DNA from: Lama glama | Lineage: Eukaryota | Direction of reading: 5' to 3' | Length of the DNA: 63,813 nt | Assembly: GCA_028534125.1 (NCBI GenBank) | Contig: CM052817.1 | Coordinates: 56,608,001-56,671,813 of the forward strand | Part shown: piece after piece, positions 1 through 12,559 of the stretch | Layout: each line of letters begins with the position of its first letter | Position numbering within the stretch: the first letter of the stretch is position 1 | The notes under the pieces: generated by a model | Database searches by the model: none | Seen by the model: the letters and a program-made list of their open reading frames with translations, nothing else | Told to the model about the DNA's origin: nothing | Program-made: the position numbers and the translations under genes

Positions 1-960
1 AGCCATGTCCACTACACAGAGAGATTAACTGCACTTGGATGATATGAACAACTGTGCAGAGAAAACAGGTAGCTCTAGGAGGGACATGTTTAAGCCAAGA
101 AACTAAATTCACATTCTGATTTTCATTCAAAGGGAATTTTTCCCTTACTTAGGGCAATCTAAGAAACACTAATATTATCTATGCATTACAGAAGCATAGA
201 AATATTTACTTGATTATTAACAAATAGAACTTTACGTGAAAATATAAATCTTCTATTTCTGTCTTCGGAAATAAAGTGGTAAGTATGCTCTAATTAATTC
301 TGTGGATTGGATAGAGTACTTTTTGTGACATGGCATCAATAAAGCCCATCACCTGTTCCATATATTTTTTTCCTACCCAGTCAGTAAAGAATTCATGAGG
401 CAAACTTCAGTTTTTAGTCATTTCTTCTGGGCCCTCCTAAGTATTTCATTTTTCATAGAAATGGATATAATGATTCTGCTGCCTTTCAATAATATTCTTC
501 CTGCCAGTACAAGTTCATCCTGGCACAGGAGATTCAGCTTACATGAGCTATTGGACAGTCAGTCTCAGATCACACTCTGTACCACCAGGTCTTACCCGGT
601 TTCTGCAGTGATTTTCTCCAGCTGTGTTGCTGAGGTAATATAGTAAGCATTGATAAAATATTTGAAATCCTTCTTTTTTATTTGAAGACATGTTCAGAGT
701 TTTCTCCAAGTCAACTCTGGGAACCTTTGACACATTGTGTACTTTCTAAAATAACTTATAAATTTGGAGATTTTTTTTTTTAAGTTGGAGAACTTCAAAA
801 GAGAAAAAGAAAAGAAAGCTGATAGTTTCAAATACATTCAGATGCTTATATAAGCCATACATACTAGGCTTGCAAAGCAAAAAGCCATGAAGTAATGTCT
901 GAAACATTGTTTTTCTAAGTGGGCACAGCACTGTGACCTGTAAGTAGCCTCTCTCTTTCA
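1..960 (-). mobile_element. Decayed Ty3/Gypsy LTR-retrotransposon pol fragment (RNase H, integrase Zn-finger region, integrase core); MamGyp-int/MamGypsy-like
   Basis: Manual minus-strand translation gives colinear motifs across stops and frameshifts. SQCCAHLEKQCF at 936-901 resembles RNase H TEQRYAQIEKECL. QLEKITAETG*D at about 622-587 resembles RLEEIRAATAQD. QDELVLAGRILLKGSRIIISISMKNEIL at 522-439 resembles RDELSVEDGLLLKGSRIVIPKSLRKEIL. IEDLYFHVKFYLLII at 256-212 resembles GADLFEFNGKHYLLIV. HSCSYHP at about 56-36 resembles TSSPYHP. Confidence 0.75.
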
Positions 961-1489
961 TATCTTAAGTTTTACCTCTTAAGTAGCTTCCCTTTGCATG
1001 TTTTTGATGAAAGCATTATATGGATCTGTCTCAGTATTTCTTCTCCAGGGTTATGTCACACATGCCAATTCAAGAAGCCTGCATCCACGCCAGGCTAATT
1101 TCCTTGTAACACCTAAATGTAGACTACTTGCTGTCTTCTTTCAGCTATTTATTGTGAGAATCTCACCACCTACCACCTAGAATCTCTTCCTTTTGCTTGA
1201 TGACCTTTTAAATTCCTCAAAACTTAAAAAAGTTCCATCTTTTCTACGTTAATATATTCCTTCTCTGCATTCCTACAGAATAGAGTAGGAGGAACTCCAG
1301 TGGACATTGTAGAACAACAGCCCTCATTTTATAGGGGAAAGATTCTGAGCTGTATCCTTGATTTCTTCTTATGAGTCATAATTTAAGAATACTTTCAAAT
1401 CACTTGAGACTCCTCCAGCCAAAAATAATGCAATACTATAATTATATTGTAAACTCTCAAAGGTCAACAATAGTACTTATGTTGCTTTT

Positions 1490-1830
1490 GTGCAATCAAC
1501 CAATCATCCAATAAATATAAAATGGAAATCTACTATACACAAGTACTATATTAAGCGCTGTAGGAAACCCAGAGAAGTATACATAAGACGTTTCTCCTCT
1601 AGGCCCATGCAGGGTCCTTGAGGAATAAGAGAAAAACTATTGTGAGATGTGAAAACAATTATAAGAGTGAAAGAGGAAGGCCACTCTGGCCTAGAAAAAG
1701 CCTTTCTAGAGGAGATGAGGCCTGGACTAAATCCTGAATTATGGGTTAAAGATGGTTAGATAATGAGAAAATAGTAATATCAGAGACATGAAGATGGCAA
1801 ATTTACAAGCTCTGCTCCAAGAACACATTT
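1490..1830 (-). mobile_element. L2 LINE 3' fragment (old)
   Basis: Resembles the antisense L2 3' end (caatcaaccaatcatccaataaat ... ggagatgaggcctggactaaatcctgaa). Confidence 0.5.
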
Positions 1831-1885
1831 GCTTGAAAGTTAATAAAAACAAGCAGAAAAGAATAGGTTTTAAAAGTTAGCCATC

Positions 1886-3352
1886 TTATTGGCACAAAAA
1901 CAGACATATGAATCAATGGAACAGAATAGAGAGCCCAGAAATAACCTCACACACCTACAGGCAATTAATCTTTCACAAAGGAGGCAAGAATATACAATGG
2001 AGTAAAGACAGCCTCTTCAGCAAGTGGTGTTGGGAAAACTGGACAGCTGCATGTAAATTAACGAAGTTAGAACACTCCCTCACACTGTACATAAAAATAA
2101 ACCCCAAATGGCTTAAAGACAAATATAAGATATGACACCATAAACTTCCTAGAAGAGAATTTAGGCAAAACAGTCTCTGACAGAAATCGTAGCAATATTT
2201 CTTGGGTCAATTTCCAACGGCAGCAGAAATAAAAGCAAAAATAAATAAACAGGACCAAACTAAACTTACAAGCTTTGGCACAGCAAAGGAAACTATAAAT
2301 GAAACAAAAAGACAACCTACAGAATGGAAGAAAATATTTGCAAATGATGTGACCTACAAGGGCTTAATTTCCAGAATATACAAACAGCTCATACAACGCA
2401 GTAACAACAACAACAGCAACAACAAAACCCAATCCCAAAATGGGCAGAAGACCTACATGGACATTTCTGCAATGAAGACACACAAATGGCCAATAAGAAA
2501 AAATGCTCAATATCGTTAATTATTAGAGAAATGCAAATCAAAACTACAATGAGGTATCACCTCACACCAGTCAGAATGGCCATGATTAAAAAGTCCACAA
2601 ACAATAAATGCTAGAGAAGACATGGAGAAAAGGAAGCCCTCCTACATTGGTGGGAATGTAAATTGGTGCAGTTACTATGGAGAACATTATAGAGGTTCCT
2701 TAGAAAACTAAAAACAGAGTTACCGTATGTCCAGCAATCCTACTCCTGGGTGTATATTCAGAGAAAACTCTCATTTGAAAAGATAACTTCCATGCACTCC
2801 AATGTTCATAGCAGCACTATTTACAGTAGCCAAGACATGGAAGCAACCTAAATGTCTATCAACAGATGAATGGATAAAGAAGATGTGATATATATGCAAT
2901 GGGGTATTACTCAGTCATAAAAAAGAATAAAACAATGTCATTTGCAGCAACTTGGATGGACCTAGTGATTATCATACTAAATGAAGTTAAGATAGACAAA
3001 GACAAATGTCATACCATATCACTTATATGTGGAATATAAAAGAAGTGATACAAATGAACTTATTTGCAAAATAGAAACAGACTCATAGACATAGAAAACA
3101 AATAAATGTTTGTTTCCCCAAAGGGGAAAGAGGGTAGGAAGGGATAAATTGGGAGTTTGGGATTAGCAGATACAAACTATTATATATAAAATAGATGAAC
3201 AACAAGGTCCTACTGTATAGCACAGAGAACTATATTCAATATCTTGTAATAAAATACAATGGAAAAGAATGTGAAAAAGAATATATTTATATGAATCACC
3301 TTGCTATATACCAGAAACTAAAACATGTGAATCAACTATACTTCAATAAAAA
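1886..3352 (+). mobile_element. 5'-truncated L1 (ORF2 C-terminus plus 3' UTR), non-functional
   Basis: ORF2 peptides [22 protein letters not shown] and KRQPTEWKKIFAN with frameshifts. The 3' UTR ends cttcaataaaaa. Degenerate TSD aaaagttagccatc (1872-1885) / aaatgttagtcatc (3350-3363). Confidence 0.95.
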
Positions 3353-4649
3353 TGTTAGTCATCAGTCCTATTGTGAAGTGACTTCATTTCCAGTTTCAGA
3401 AGCCTGATCTTGATCTTCAGAATAAATAATACGACATTGTAAACAAAACATTAAGATTTTTGAGTACAGGAATATGGCCAGAAGAAAACAGTGATTTGGG
3501 GGGAAATTAAACATGTATAAATACCTAGAATGAATTGTTGCAGAGAGAGATTGGACATAATGTGATTACTCAATTTATAGTGATAGTCCAGAAAGGAGAT
3601 GACAGTGAGGGGAGGAAATAATAGAATATACAAACAAACAAAAACAGTGGTACTGTGGGATGAATAATTTTGCATGGTATTATGCATATCGTGTATTTCC
3701 CAAACTTTCTTGATGATGGAGTTAATAAATAAGTTTCAATCAAAAGGACAATTTGGAGGAAGTAGCATCAAAAGAGATTCCTCTGCATTACTTGAAATTC
3801 AGCCTAATGTTTACAGAATATTAGAGTAGACCTTTGCCCAACAGGAATATTGTGCTTCATCTTAGGAAGGGTTGGGTTTAACTAATAAGCTTAGAATCCT
3901 GGCTTTGGGCATATTGTTGGCACTAAGTTATTAAAAGCAGGAGTGGCATTTTTCTTTATGTTTCCTATGCAGTTAACATTAGGCATTAAAACAACAAAGA
4001 AGAAAAAGTAAAGGAAATGACTAGGAAGAAATTCAAGAAAGATAAAAGGAAACCTACTGGCAAACACAGCCAAAGAAGGCAGCAATTCCAAAAACTACCA
4101 AAGAAATTGCAAACAGCACATGCTGCATTGTCCCTCCTGAGGATACCAGTGTCCAGTGACAATGGTACTGAATGAGCAAATGAGGGCACTATCGCTGCTG
4201 TAAGCCTGCTGACTAATAGCACCACCCCAGCCAAGGCTTTGGTATTATTTGTAAACAATACCCGATATAATAATGTAATGGAGCCAAAGTGACTTCAGTC
4301 ATTACTATCAGTAGCAGAACTACTTGAGAAATCTGCTCTCAATATCTCCTGAAGTTTATGGAGATGTAGCTCTTTTACCTTTAATCCACCTTATATTCAT
4401 AGAGGCCAGGCTGTAGAACCATCTTAAGTAATGAAGCTTTTCCATGTTTACCAATTGCCCTGGAACCAAACTTTTGGATTTTAACAATCTTTCCCCTTAG
4501 GATAATCAGTTGCCTAAGATGTTTAGATTCCTGATGGATACCCTCTCTTGTTCTCCTTTGTGACCAAATGCAAAGGTGAAAGTGAACAGAGTATTGACTC
4601 AATCTAAGTACTTTATCCTTGACAGTGGTAGGATACTGGAAAGCTGCAT

Positions 4650-4885
4650 AGTCTAGAAGAGGTTAAGTGTAAATACTTTGAAATAAGTCTAAATCTGGTG
4701 CAAATCTTGGTTCTGGCACCTACTTAACACAAGCAGACACTTCACTCTCTCACCATACATCTTCTAAGTCATTTAGTTGAAACAACAATATCAGACTCCA
4801 AGGTTGTTATGAAGATTAAATGATACAATGAAAATAGCTCAACTAGCTCCTGCCAGAAACAGAATATTTGTTCAATAAACAGTAG
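4650..4885 (+). mobile_element. MIR SINE
   Basis: caaatcttggttctggcacctactta ... aggttgttatgaagattaaatgata ... ttcaataaacagtagg matches the MIR core and tail. Confidence 0.65.
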
Positions 4886-6419
4886 GCAGAATGTTTTCTA
4901 TAGATAAAATAAAGAAACCAATCCTGAACACTGAAACAAAAATTGCAAAAAGTGAATGCCTTTAGCTAGTGAAAGATAAATCAGATCACAGTAGGGCTAC
5001 AAGAAGTTGACATAGAGGTGTGCACAGTGCAAATTTCCTACTATGAAAACCAGAAGCTATGCAAAACACAGTTTAAAAATACTTCATGATTGGGTAAAAA
5101 AAATTCCTAAGTATAGTTTGATGTCATAATTTCTTGATTCTTTTTTATAGTCACACTTACAGAATAACAAAAAATAACACTGTACAGTCTAGGTATGTTA
5201 AAGTCTTTCTATTTTCTTGGTGTAATTTCAATTTCTACTTTTAGGAGTCCAAGGTGCTAATGGTCCCATGATTGGTACACAGAGAATTACTTGCATACAT
5301 ATTCTAATAATTTTATACCTGTATATTTTTAAATAAAAATGTTAACTTGATGTTAATTTGTTGGTATTGTCATTTTAAGAAGCTATGGCATTGACTTAAT
5401 AGAAACCAAAACATATAACATACTTCTAGGTACAGAATACTCTAATCTACTTTTATTGAAAGAAATGAGTAGGAAGGAATAGCAGATTTAATCTGAGTTT
5501 TTTTTTTAATACTTAGCCAAGTGTTTAACAAACTTGATAGAATCTGTAATGAAACAATGATCATACAGTTTATGATAGTTAAAACATGTAGGTGATATAG
5601 CAGAAATATGCCCAACGTCATCTCAAAACCTTAAAAATACGTGAGTGGCAAAAATATTAAAATAATTGTTATGTTGTGCCTTGAACTCATTATCCTGCAT
5701 TCCACTTAGATGATCATAAAAACAAATGAAACAGATTCAAAGCTCCAGGACTACTGAGAACTCTTGGGTTGCATATAGAATAATATTTATAAATAGGGAC
5801 TTTGTAGCCAGGCAGGCATGGGTCCGAGTCCCGAGGTATGCAATTTTCTAACTCTATTACATTACATAAATGGAATGCTTTCATCTTGCATCATGTTAAC
5901 ATTGTAATTGATATTATAAGAACCATTATTATAACTAACAATAAAACATTAAAGGAATACTATCATGATTATGTATCATTTTCTATAATTTCTAATCAAT
6001 GCAGTAACATATGAAATATGAATGAGATAATAACTAATACAAATTAACAAAAACTAAAAGAATACAAGAATTATCAGGCAAATCAACTGAAGACCATAGC
6101 TTTCCAAAAAAACACATATGGTTGTTACCTGACAAATTTGGCAACACAAATCAATCAAAAAGATAAGGTTACACAGTTGGGAAAACTGTTAATATATAAA
6201 ACATTTTAACCATATATGTTTCAAATGAATTAAAGAGCCAGAAAAAAAATAAAACATAGAAAAGATATTTTTAAATCTCTCAATCAGAAGGTATTTCTAA
6301 GAAAAGTAGAATAAAACATGTAGATCAACTAATCTTTGAGTTTGAGTCCTTATGGCAATTTTAGTACCTTTTAATTATATCCCACTTTAATTCTGAAGAT
6401 GAAGGAAAACAAAAATATG

Positions 6420-6645
6420 TGGATAGAATATTGACTAAGTGTATTGGCCGTGAATCACACTTTTGCTATAGCTGTGCAAACATGCTTGGGCAAAGCAAGT
6501 AACATTTCTCTGCCTCAGTTTATGTCTCATTTGTAAAATGGGGATAATGGTAATACTTCACAGCTTTGGTTTTGAAATAAAAGAGCACTTATAACAATGT
6601 CTGGCAAGGTATAAATACTTACTAGTTGCTGGCTATTATTATTAT
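6420..6645 (+). mobile_element. MIR SINE
   Basis: MIR core ctctgcctcagttt...tcatttgtaaaatggggataat and a tattatt tail. Confidence 0.75.
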
Positions 6646-7329
6646 TTTATTATACATCACACAAAATGACACCCAAAAGAAAACATACTATCATGAAGTA
6701 ATAAATACAAATACATAAAGACTGGGAACATGGTGAAGGCGGCAGTTTGACTCAATAAGTAAAACAAAATGACCCCTCTTGTTATGGTAGGGATTCAGAC
6801 TTAGTCCTACTCTCAGCCAATCCAAAAAGAAACATCATTTACACAATCCCACTACAAGCAAGATGAAAATTAAAAGTTGCTCTGAAGCAGCAGTATTTTC
6901 TAATCTAAAAATCAATCAGGAATTTCTGCCATGAGAATGTATTCTACACTACAAGCCCCTTCGTCTGTCCTCATCTCAACATCACTCTGCTCATATACGC
7001 CTATCTCTAACTGTCAAACAGTGATCACGAGGTACTTCTTCTCTAACCAGAAGATTATTTTTGTTGGTGGATTCAAGTGTTTCCCATTTCCATTGCTTTC
7101 ACTTGTCTTCTATCAGGATTCCTGACGCAGCTGGGAAAACCGGCAGAGCTTCTCACTGAACGTGGTGTTGAAGTTCAATCCCACTGCGTAGCACAGGAGG
7201 TCCTACTTGCCATTCTTTTTCTCCATCACAACAGCACCCTGTGTGTGGGCCATTAAGAACTGACTGCCGTCCTCTCAGTGTTTCACGGTGCCTCTACAAA
7301 TGCTTGAAAAGTATCTTTTTCATCAGAAA

Positions 7330-7630
7330 CGTTTCTGCTCCCTGATCCAACTAGCTGTCTCATATTCATGCCCCAAGAATCAAGTTCCCTCCTCTGAAAA
7401 GTCTTCTTCTGACTTCTTCACGCTGAAGAAGATGCTGCTCCCCTATCTCCCACAGCTCCCTGCATGGATATCTTTTATGCCACAGATGTAAAGTCACCAC
7501 TTACGTGACTTTCTTTCCCACAAGACGATGGGCTCTTTGCAGGCAACTTCTGCGTTTTAATTATCTGTGCTGAATCTACACAGTGTGCTTACTCAATACT
7601 TGTCAAAGGAATTATTGAGTGAGTAAATAA
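7330..7630 (+). mobile_element. L2 3' end fragment
   Basis: L2-like 3' end (ccctcctctgaaaagtcttcttctgac ... gggctctttgcaggca ... ctcaatacttg ... tgagtgagtaaataa). Confidence 0.45.
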
Positions 7631-8959
7631 GTCTGTGTGAGTATGTGAAGTGAATGAAACATAGTGTGTGAACAATGAATGTGTTTCTTCTCCTGATTTG
7701 CTTCCACTAAGTTCTCTGTCACTTGATAGACATCCTATATTGATACTGCAGCTTTGGGGTTGAAGTAAAATTTTTAAAATATTAAGGACACTTGAGTATA
7801 CCAGCTAAGAAATGAGATAAAAACTTCCCCACTGTAACTGAGCTAATGGTGGGGCTATTTAATATTGAGACATTTAACACAATGGGATTTTAAATAGAGT
7901 TAATTCTAAAGTGCTTAATCTGAATGATGCAATTACTTTAGGATATTGGAAACTAAATTATGAAGAAAATACTTTATTAGTCATAAATAAACTGCCAATC
8001 ATTTTTTGTTGTTTAAAACTTTACAAATAAACCCCTCAGATTTCTTGAATATGGCATCTGATTTAACTACTAGACATTAATGAGATTAAATAATTCACTA
8101 AAAGTGTCAGCTTTTAATTGGTGCAATTTCATTTCAGCAATGTCCATGTTTTCTTTAAATTATTGAATATGTGACTTTAATTCCCACTGAACAGCTTCTA
8201 CTTAAATGAATTTGAAACACTATCATTTTGACAGAAGAAAATGTCAACCTTTCATACAAAACTACGTAACTGGCCTACTGAATTGTTACATGTATTTATC
8301 AGAGTAGGGTCCATGATGATATCCTATGTATATATTTACAAAAATAACTGTTAGATACCTAAATAGTATACATCTTATTCCTCAGTTTAAAAAAAGCCAA
8401 TTATTTAGTAATTTCAATTTTATTTAGATGCTAAAGGAAGGACCAGCACTGAAAATGTTGATATTTGGATTGGAAGAATCAGGAGAGCAATCAAAATGGT
8501 ATAAATAAAGTGAACAGTTCACATTTATTGGACTAGTAGTGAGCAACTGGTAAAAGTTATGTTTAAAGCTACTAGAATGGACAGATTAAGAAGTCTGTGT
8601 GAACACTATCTTTAGACATAGTGTAACTATCTAGAACCCCCAAGTATATAGTCACCATACTCCCCTCATTTTTTGAGGCATTCCTATTTTAAGCATTCTA
8701 TCTCTTTTCCCATAAATACTATGATGACTATCAGAAAATTAATCTAAACTTGGAATCCAGATAATTCAGGTCTGTCATTGATACACTATTTCCTACAAAA
8801 CCATTTGAATTTCTTAGTATTTAAGTCACTCTATAACATTTCTTGAAGGTATCAACTTCTGTTCAGCCCAACTTGAACCTGCCAGCCCAAGTCATCAACT
8901 TTCCTGCAAATCACTCTTTGTTTTCCATATGTATTCTTGAGCTTCTCTAATACACTCTC

Positions 8960-9450
8960 TACTGAGAAACCAGAGAAATTTTAAAGTATTTAAATCAGTC
9001 ATGCCACTCGTCTACTTAATAATTTCAGTGAATTTCCATTGCCATTAGGGTAATATCCAAAATCTTTCTCATATCCTCCAAGACCTCAGTATTCTGGCTC
9101 CCACCTATATCTCCCACTTCAATTAGATGCCATGTTCCCTTACATACTCGTTGCCCCAGCAACGTTTCCTCAGTTCCTAAGTACCTTATGATCTTTCCTA
9201 TCAAAGAGTTTTGCCTGCCTTTGACTAGAATTTTCCTCCCACTCTGTCCTTCACTTGCTACTTTTATTAACTTCCAGGTCTCACTTAAATGCTACTTCTT
9301 CAGAAACCTCCAGTCTTCTACATACACTTTATATTTAGCATTTCTCTTTTACAAATGCATCTTACTTTAGCAATTTCTTATATGTCTGTCTCCTGCATGA
9401 GATTTTAAACTCTGTGACGGCAGAAGTCATGTCTTTCTTGTACAGTATTA
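8960..9450 (+). mobile_element. L2 LINE fragment
   Basis: catgccactc...tttccattgcc...caggtctcacttaaatgctacttcttcagaaacct...aaactctgtgacggcaga resembles the L2 3' region. Confidence 0.65.
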
Positions 9451-11229
9451 CATTCCTTCTCTATAATTTGGCCCCAATAAAGCAGAGAGTAGAATGGGCC
9501 AAACTTCAGCTCACCAATTCCACTGAAATTCACTGGACTGGAATACGACTGCATTGAGTCTAAATCCAAGGTCAAAATAACCAGAGAAGGCCAGAAGTTT
9601 AGGTTAGTGGGTCCCTCATAGGAGTTATTCTGAAGCAGAAAAAGGCAGTGGACCACATGCCCCAACAACTTGAGTTTGAAAAAAAAAAAACATACACACA
9701 AAACAGAAACAGAATAAAATAATTTTAAGATAAAAATAAGTCAAGTTAAAAGTGACAACCAAAATTTCATTCCTTAAAGTAGAAAACAACCTTAGGCATT
9801 ACCTGACACAAGTTTCCAAATAATGAGGAAATATTCTATCCTATTCCCCCATTTTTTATCCTTCTAATGATGTTCCACCTTCTAAAAAAACTATCTTGAT
9901 AAAACCTCCAGGGCATCAGGCTTCTTGGAGGCAGAGGAATCCCTGGGTGGTTACAGAAAAATACAGAGGCTAGTAGGAAAGAGGTCCTAGGCAAGTGCTC
10001 CTTAGCAAGGTCAATTGCAAACATCAGTTCTTCTTATCTCCATTGTTTACTCTCCCATTTTTCTCTCTCATTTTACTTCTCCTTCCCATTATCCATCTTC
10101 CCCCCCTACTTTTCTAGCTCTTTTCTTTAGCTTTATATTGCCCTCTTCCATCTTGCTGAATTTTCTTTACTCAAAATCACTTCCTTAACTGAAAAATGTT
10201 TTTTGTTTCCATCTTACAGATCTTAAAAATAAAAGAAGACAAAAATGGGAGAAAAATGGTGAATTACGGGCAGAAAAATAATTGTAGGAAACCTGACTTT
10301 CTGAACTCTTCCATAGTCCTCTGTAAATCGATTCATATGAAAGAATGGTGAGGGGTGGGTGGCAGACAGCATAGCTGGAAGAGGATGGGGAAGTGAAATG
10401 TACTTCAACAGCTTCTCTGTATTCAAGTAGAGGCTATCATGGTTCATATTGAATACACTGAATGAAAGATAACAAAAGCTTGGGGGAGGTAATCTATAAT
10501 TACATACATCCTAAGATAACTTTTATTTCTTACTATATGTATTTAATTTGAAACCTGAATACACCACTTCAGAGAAGTCAAGTCTTTCCTGCAAACAAAT
10601 TACATTTGAATGGCATGAATGACTAGTTATTGTTTTTAACATTTCACAGTCATAATATCTTGCATTCATATTCCCAGAGAACTCAAGGGCTAAAGAACCT
10701 TCACAGATCAGCAGAGAAAATTGCTTTACCCATCACAGAGATGGCATCTCCTCTGGGGAAGGAGCTGACAGCTTTTTAACAATGCATGATGCCTCATAAC
10801 ATTCTAGAAGGGGTTTGAAAACTGAATCCTAACTGTGCTTGGGCATATCCTCCAAGCTTTGTTACATCACACTCAACAGTTAGTCTCTACCACAAGGATT
10901 TTTTTTTTCTCTGAATATAACTTCTTATAAATAAAGCAGCTTGTTACTCTGCCCTTTTGTCAGGTGTCAGAAGATGTACTGTTTTATGTTTTGGAAGTAT
11001 GTCCAGCTGATTCTCCCTGACAAGATGCAAGAAAAACAGAAAAAGAAGTAATTATGAAGACAGAGTCTCTGGACTTGGTTCTATGTTTTTCAAGTATAAC
11101 CTCTTACAAATCTCTTGAACTCTATCTCAGGTTAATTAGTAAAAGTTAGATATTATGATTTTTATCTATGGTCATTATCTAGGTACTCATGCTATGAAAT
11201 CTGTGGATGCTACTGATGTGTTGAGAACA

Positions 11230-11980
11230 ACCATTTATTCAACAGATTTTCATTATGGTGCCACACTCTTCCAAGAATTGGGAATACAACTGTGAACAAA
11301 TGAAATTCTTGTCCCTCAGGAGTTTATACTCAAGTGAGGGTAGATAGATAATAACCAAACAAATAAATAATGTGTCAGAATAAAGAGAATAAGGAGTGGT
11401 AATGATGGGAAAGAAGAGGTGGTTTTATATAAAGTGATTTGGGTTGAATCTCTGACAAAATGACATTTCAGCAGAGACTTGAAGGCAGGAAGACTGTGAG
11501 TCACGTTGGATCTAGGGAAAAAGTGTTCAATGCAAGGAACAGCAGAGAGGCCAGTATTCTTAGCTAGAAGAGAGCAAAAGCAAAAGGGAGAATATCAAAA
11601 GATGAAGCTGGAGAAGTGGAAAGGGACCAAGTAGTAAAAAGTGCATGGAAGGCTTTGGATATGGTAAAGGAACGGCAGAGTCTCGCTGAAATTTTAACAG
11701 GATCACTGGGGCTAACCATTGGAGAATAGACTAGAAGGCAAGAGGGGAAGTAGGGAGACCAATTTAGGAGGCCATCGCAGAAGCCTTGCAAAGAGATGGT
11801 GGCGTTCTGATTGAGATGTAAGAGAGTGCATGGAGCATAATATTCAAGGAGGAAGAATGTTCACTGGAAAGCTTACCATAACTCAACGAGTCAAGCATGA
11901 AAAACAAAGTCAACCCTAAATCACAAAGAAAAGACTTAAAAATTTTCACCTGAGGTAACTGTCATAGTGGGAATGTGCAA
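11230..11980 (-). mobile_element. L2 LINE fragment
   Basis: catttattcaacaga ... tgacatttcagcagagacttgaagg ... aggatcactggggct ... aggaggccatcgcag is typical antisense L2a/b sequence. Confidence 0.8.
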
Positions 11981-12559
11981 CTTACCTTTATTATGTCATA
12001 GTTTACCAGTTGTTTTTCAATGAGGGGTATTTCTTTGAACATGAAATATTCCCTTTTTTGATTCTTTGGCAGAGTCCTCTCCTTCAAACATGAGTTCTTC
12101 CACTTTTTTTTTCACATCATAAATCTAAACACACAAACAGAACATGCACGCAGAGATATACACACCACACACACAAAACCGCCCTCTCTTTACCATTATG
12201 ACCAGCAACTTTACTCTTTATAGAAAATACTTCATGCATTTGTGAGGATAAAAAAGGCACAGAATTCTAAGAAACCCAATGAAGCAGTATCAAGTTTATA
12301 AAAATATGTATGACATTTGTGACTTCTTTCTTAGAGGTAACCAAGATAAGCCAGTAACTCTAGGGAATTGGGAAATACTCAAGAATTGTGAGATACTCAT
12401 CCTTCCTTCTCCTTTAGTTACATTTTCTTTTTTTCTCACTCATTCTCAGGACTCTATTTCAAGAAGTCACATAAAGAGAAGCTTTCTTAACATGGTTTGG
12501 AAAGTTAATGATTTTCTTGGATCCAGGAACCCATGAAGTTATAAGTAAACTTTATCAAT

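Noticed and set aside
395..643. 82-aa plus-strand ORF
   Set aside because: It is the antisense shadow of the Gypsy pol fossil and shows no independent homology.
596..745. Apparent 150-nt minus-strand coding exon (ttttag/AAAGTACAC...AACCGG/gtaaga), open in one frame (KVHNVSKVPRVDLEK...)
   Set aside because: The peptide is unrecognisable, and a different frame continues seamlessly past the donor into Gypsy integrase-like sequence. The splice signals are more likely fortuitous, although exonisation is not excluded.
3986..4258. 90-aa hydrophobic minus-strand ORF containing LDTG (protease-like)
   Set aside because: Non-ATG start, hydrophobicity explained by an A-rich opposite strand, and no other aspartic-protease features.
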